A model generated the notes under the pieces. That model ran no database searches. It saw nothing but the letters and a program-made list of their open reading frames with translations, and was not told where the DNA came from. The position numbers were made by a program, and so were the translations under genes. Shown one piece after another: positions 59,091 to 64,000 of a DNA stretch of 64,000 bases; position 1 is the stretch's first letter, and each line of letters begins with the position of its first letter. Source of the DNA: the human T2T-CHM13v2.0 reference genome, Homo sapiens. The DNA is taken from assembly GCA_009914755.4 (NCBI GenBank), contig CP068257.2, positions 21,088,001 through 21,152,000 on the forward strand. The letters run 5' to 3'.

Positions 59091-61644
59091 ATTAATTTGA
59101 TGTATTTTAGATTTCTGATTTGCTCTATGATATATTGACTAAAATCTAATATTTTATGAATAATTAAAAATGAAAATCAGCATTGACCTTACTGAAAATA
59201 TAAAGAAATGCATTTTTCTTTATATATAATTACATTAATATGTATATACATTTGATTTTTTGTAGAACTTTCAGCACTCCTATTTTCATTCAAGTATGAT
59301 TATTGTTAAATACTTTATTATATTAAAAAATCTGGAGGAGAATTTCTTTACACACGCCCCAGGGTAGCCCATTTTTACTCACTAGCCCATGGAGTCCAGA
59401 TTAGTTATCACAGTTATTATATAAATTATACCTCATAAGTTTACATAATTTAATTCACTTGAAAAGGCTTTGTGAAGTGTTCTACTACTAGTATTTGTTA
59501 TTTTCATTGTTTATATGTTTAAATTTGTTATATTAAGAAATGAAAAGAAACACATGAAACCTATATTTTTCATTTCACATAATAATGAATAATATGTATT
59601 TGTCAATATTTTCATTAAAGTACAGTTTGTATATATTATTAATTTCTTGTAAAAGTTTATGCATTTAACATAAATTAAATATAGAATTTGAATATGGATC
59701 TATTCTCTACTCCAGTGCTGCAGAAATATAGATTATTTTGCCTTAGTACATGGATTATGATATATATACAAATATAATTGTAGAAATATATGCAGAATAA
59801 GGCACATAGCTTATCAGTTTTTTCTTACATACATGACCTGGATTCCAATATTATTTTTTACCTACCATTTTACTAAAGAATGTAACATTTGTTTTTTGCC
59901 ATGTGAATTAATGTTCTGTAAATGTCCACCTGAATATAGAAACATATATTTATTTAGTTTCCTATTATATGAGTTGTCATTAATGATTTCTAAAATTGGA
60001 TACTATTGTGTAGACAGTATCAAATTCTTGACTATTATGAATAATATTGTAATAAACATCTTTGTAGCTTAATTGTTGCACATTTTCATAAATACATTTT
60101 CAAACACATTTCTAGAACTATGGTCTCCATGTCAATGATTATCTGTTTTACAAAGTATTTTAAAATAGCCTTTATGCCAACTTTGATCCCTAGCGATAGC
60201 ATATGAGAAGGTCCAATTCTCTATTTATTTGTAGCAATTAGTAATCATCTTATTTGATGGATACATCTATTATGTTGCTGCAAAATTAATTGTACTTTGG
60301 GCCATTAGTTTATATGGTGGAAACCGCAATTACTTTTACACCAACCTATACCAATTACAAGTGGTAACATTTTCAAGCAGCTGCCTATATAAAATTTATG
60401 CTAATATTACCACAAGCATTGAAAACATTGAAAACCACATGCAGTTAATCTGCTCTTACAGGGTTACAATGGACTATTTGGGGGGGGCGGGGAACAGAGG
60501 AAAAAAGGAATTAATTACTCAGTGGCATAACCTTTGAAAGAACACATTATTTTTAATTGACCTCTTGGCTTTCCTGAGAGTTCTGAAGTATTGAATGAGA
60601 ATAGCTTCTCATTAATAATAGTATTTACAACAAAACAATTATATCCATAATTTTTTGTGTGTGGATGGAGAGATTTTTCCTATAAAATAAAAGTTATGTA
60701 TTCAAAATATAGACTGTAACAAATAATATTTTAATATATGATGATAAAAAATACTTAAATTTCTCTTTATAAATTAAGAAACACTATTGATATGTATTCT
60801 GGACAACAGAACCCTCAACAATAGAAATTATTGTAGCTTCTTATATTTATAAAATGGAAAATTGGAAAAATCCGAAATCAAAAAAATGAAATAACAATAC
60901 AAACATAAAACAGTACTAAACTTGTCTTTGCAAATAAAGTACTATCATTCTTTACCACTAAATATTTAAAAGAATAAATGGAAACGGTGACTATTTTTAT
61001 TAAATAAGAAAGGGTATACTGCCACCTAGTGGTTCATGGTGTGGCTCAAGGGCAATATTTTCTCCTCCAAGTATTCTTAGATCCTGCTGATCAAGGGAGG
61101 CTGATGGCTGAATATTTTACAGTTAAACCAGTTAAATAATTATCAAAATTATTTCATTTTCATGAAATTACTCTTAACCACGTTATACTTTATTACCTTC
61201 ACCTTAAAAGATTAAAACCCTTAATAACAAAGCATAGATGGCTGTTCAGAAAATAAAATTTCAACATAATAACTTCCATAAAAGCAGTGAAGATGAAAAT
61301 GAATATTTTCTTGTGAAGAATATGGTGACTAATTTAAAGATCTTTCAATTTATGAATACTTCATTTAGACTACCTACTATTTGAGTAAAGTAATAAATTT
61401 AATATGTTTTCCATGATGTAACCCACATGATGGAAACTCAAAATTAACTACATTAATCATAATGGATAATCAAATTGAATATTAAAAATGCAATTAATCT
61501 TTTAAAAGAAAGTATTTTTTGAGATCATTAAGCTGAAGAGGAGAACAAAAAGAAACAAATAGAAAAATATTTTCAAGGAATCTCTTTATATCTATGTTAT
61601 GTTATCTGATAAATTATTGATCTTTTTCACTTCTCTTCTATGGG

Positions 61645-61697
61645 TGGTTCTGTGTGTGTGTATGTGTGTGTGTGTGTTTGTGTGTGCATGTTCATTG
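61645..61697. repeat. (TG)n microsatellite
   Basis: tgtgtgtgtgtatgtgtgtgtgtgtgtttgtgtgtgcatg. Confidence 0.95.
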
Positions 61698-62012
61698 TGT
61701 TTGTATTATATAATAATGGACATAATTTTGTGATTGTAGAATATCTTCAAGATGTTTGAGCCATACATGTAGAGTGACTATCCTTTCTAGTATCAAATGA
61801 ATGACCTAATCATTTAAATAAATAATTAGTTTAAATAATTAGATTATATTTTATCAATTAGGAATGATCTGCATTCAGTTTATAATCATTAAACATGAAT
61901 CCTTTAATAGTGGACACGAGATGATGAGGTTTTTTGATTAAAACAATTATACAAAAACTACATTATCAAAAATCAATATTCTGCTACAAAATAGCTGCAA
62001 TACAAAATTCAT

Positions 62013-62133
62013 TGTGGAGCGCGGTGGTGCCATCATGGCTCACTGCAGCCTAGACATTCTGGGCTCAAGTAATCCTCCTGCCTTAGCCTCCCAAAGCACC
62101 AGGATTACAGGCATGAGTCACTGCACCCAGCAT
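62013..62133 (-). mobile_element. Partial Alu (antisense monomer-sized fragment, FLAM-like)
   Basis: ggagcgcggtggtgccatcatggctcactgcagcctagacattctgggctcaagtaatcctcctgccttagcctcccaaagcaccaggattacaggcatgagtcactgcacccagc. Confidence 0.8.
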
Positions 62134-63377
62134 AATCATTCTCTATAGCAAGTACAGAACTTTTTGACTTGCAATGGGGGTTATTTTCCAATAAACCCAT
62201 CATAAGTTGAAAATATTGTTTAGTCAAAAATGCATACAATACACCTAACCTACTGAAAATAGCTCAGCCTCGCCTACCTTAAACATGCTCACAACACTTA
62301 TATTAGTGTATTATTGGCCAAAATCATCTGGCAACATAGTAGACAGTACACTGGAGAGTATCAGTTTACCCTTATGATGGCATAACTGATGAGGAGCTGT
62401 ATCTGCCCAGCATCCTGAGACTGTATCACATAGCACTAGCTTTGGAAAAAATCAAAATTCAAAATTCAAAGTATGGCTTTTCACTTTCACACCATCGTAA
62501 AGTAGAAAATTATAAGTGAAACCATTGTAAGTCAGGAACTGTCTGTACAGCTTTTTATCAGTGCCAGAATGATAGCATAAGAAAAGGAGACATCAAAGAC
62601 ACATTGATTCATTTATATATCAATTCACCAAACACATAGAGAGCATATTCTAAGGGTAATCCAGTGTGCTAGGAGGTGGGGGTGCTACAATGAAAAGTTG
62701 GATCAAACTGGCACAGTCTTTGTTCTCCTGAAATTAATTTTATTTGGAACACAGAGTCACACATAAGAAGAGGAGAAAATAAAAATGGAAAGCCTTGGAT
62801 TTGGGGAAAGAGACAATCATGAAATATCCAGAGAACAAGCATCTAGACAAAGGGAAAGCAGGCAAGCATCAGAGAAAAAAGGTTTTCCAGGCTTCAGGTA
62901 CTGTAAAGAGAGAAGGGTCACATTAAGTGAGCAGGCAAATGGGCAGGAGAAAGGAAGTTAATGAGGAAAAGGAAACAGGGACCAGATTATGGAGGGACAC
63001 AGAGGGCAGATAGGAAGTTTGAATTTAATTTGAAAGATCGTTTCCAAAATCCTGCTTTCATAAATGATGGGGAAATAAGATTTTAAAGAGATAAATATAG
63101 GAAAAGGAGCATATTTGAGTAAAAGGAAGAAAGAAAATGAATTCAGTGTGGACAAGTTGAAGTTGAAGGTGTGTCTGTGTATCACATTAAGCTGATGGAT
63201 GACAGGTGGGAAGGATAACGGGCTTTCACTTCAGCAGCTGCAGTGATCAAATAAAAAGATTTTTTACCTCTTAAAATGTCCCTCTGATGAGACTTAGAAA
63301 ATGACATAAAAAATAGGAACAATACCTATAGTCATTACAAAGCATCATTGTCCAAACTAATTAATTTAAAAGGCTGT

Positions 63378-63820
<443 letters not shown>

Positions 63821-64000
63821 TTACCACCTTATTCAACTGAGGAAACTTATCGTTGCCAACAGTGAAACAATTGTACAATACACCCTTTAATGAATTTAAT
63901 GTGTAAATTCACACATTACTTTAGTATTCTCACCAGCTGCCCACCCCCCCCAAAAAAAAATCAGTTTGCTATGTGTGGAAATGATCACAACAGTTTAAAA

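Noticed and set aside
60470-60495. G-run (tttggggggggcggggaacagagg) as a possible G-quadruplex or regulatory element
   Set aside because: It has a single short G-tract without the four spaced G-runs needed for a canonical G4. The surrounding sequence is AT-rich and unremarkable.

Overview
This window is human nuclear genomic DNA from an AT-rich, gene-poor region (intergenic or deep intronic); it does not contain a new biological system. An AluYb8-type element carrying the 7-bp 'gcagtccg' duplication of that subfamily marks the sequence as human. I find no prokaryotic signals anywhere: no operon-like gene arrays, no CRISPR array, no long ORFs. Every ORF in the supplied six-frame track is at most 136 aa. 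All of them fall inside Alu or L1 sequence, microsatellites or low-complexity AT-rich DNA (for example, 50401..50643(-) is the C-terminus of L1 ORF2p, and 39674..40084(-) and 43304..43639(-) are Alu read-through frames). No protein-coding exon can be supported by reading alone. What I can see directly is a dense retrotransposon landscape, outlined below. It contains about 27 Alu SINEs of various ages, many with recognisable target-site duplications (TSDs). Several L1 3'-end fragments are present, one of which shows a 5'-inversion (twin-priming) structure with TSDs. About nine MaLR-type LTR relics are present, of THE1/MST-like and MLT1-like types. Numerous microsatellites are present, most of them grown out of Alu poly-A tails. 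A palindromic AT-rich minisatellite is also present. The most unusual structures are the young AluYb8 insertion, a locally duplicated 167-bp segment with flanking direct repeats, a head-to-head inverted Alu pair 28 bp apart, an Alu nested inside an MLT1 LTR, and a weak promoter-like motif cluster near 7.8-8.07 kb. All coordinates are approximate (±5-15 bp) because they were read by eye. Family and subfamily names are pattern-recognition calls and should be confirmed with RepeatMasker/Dfam.
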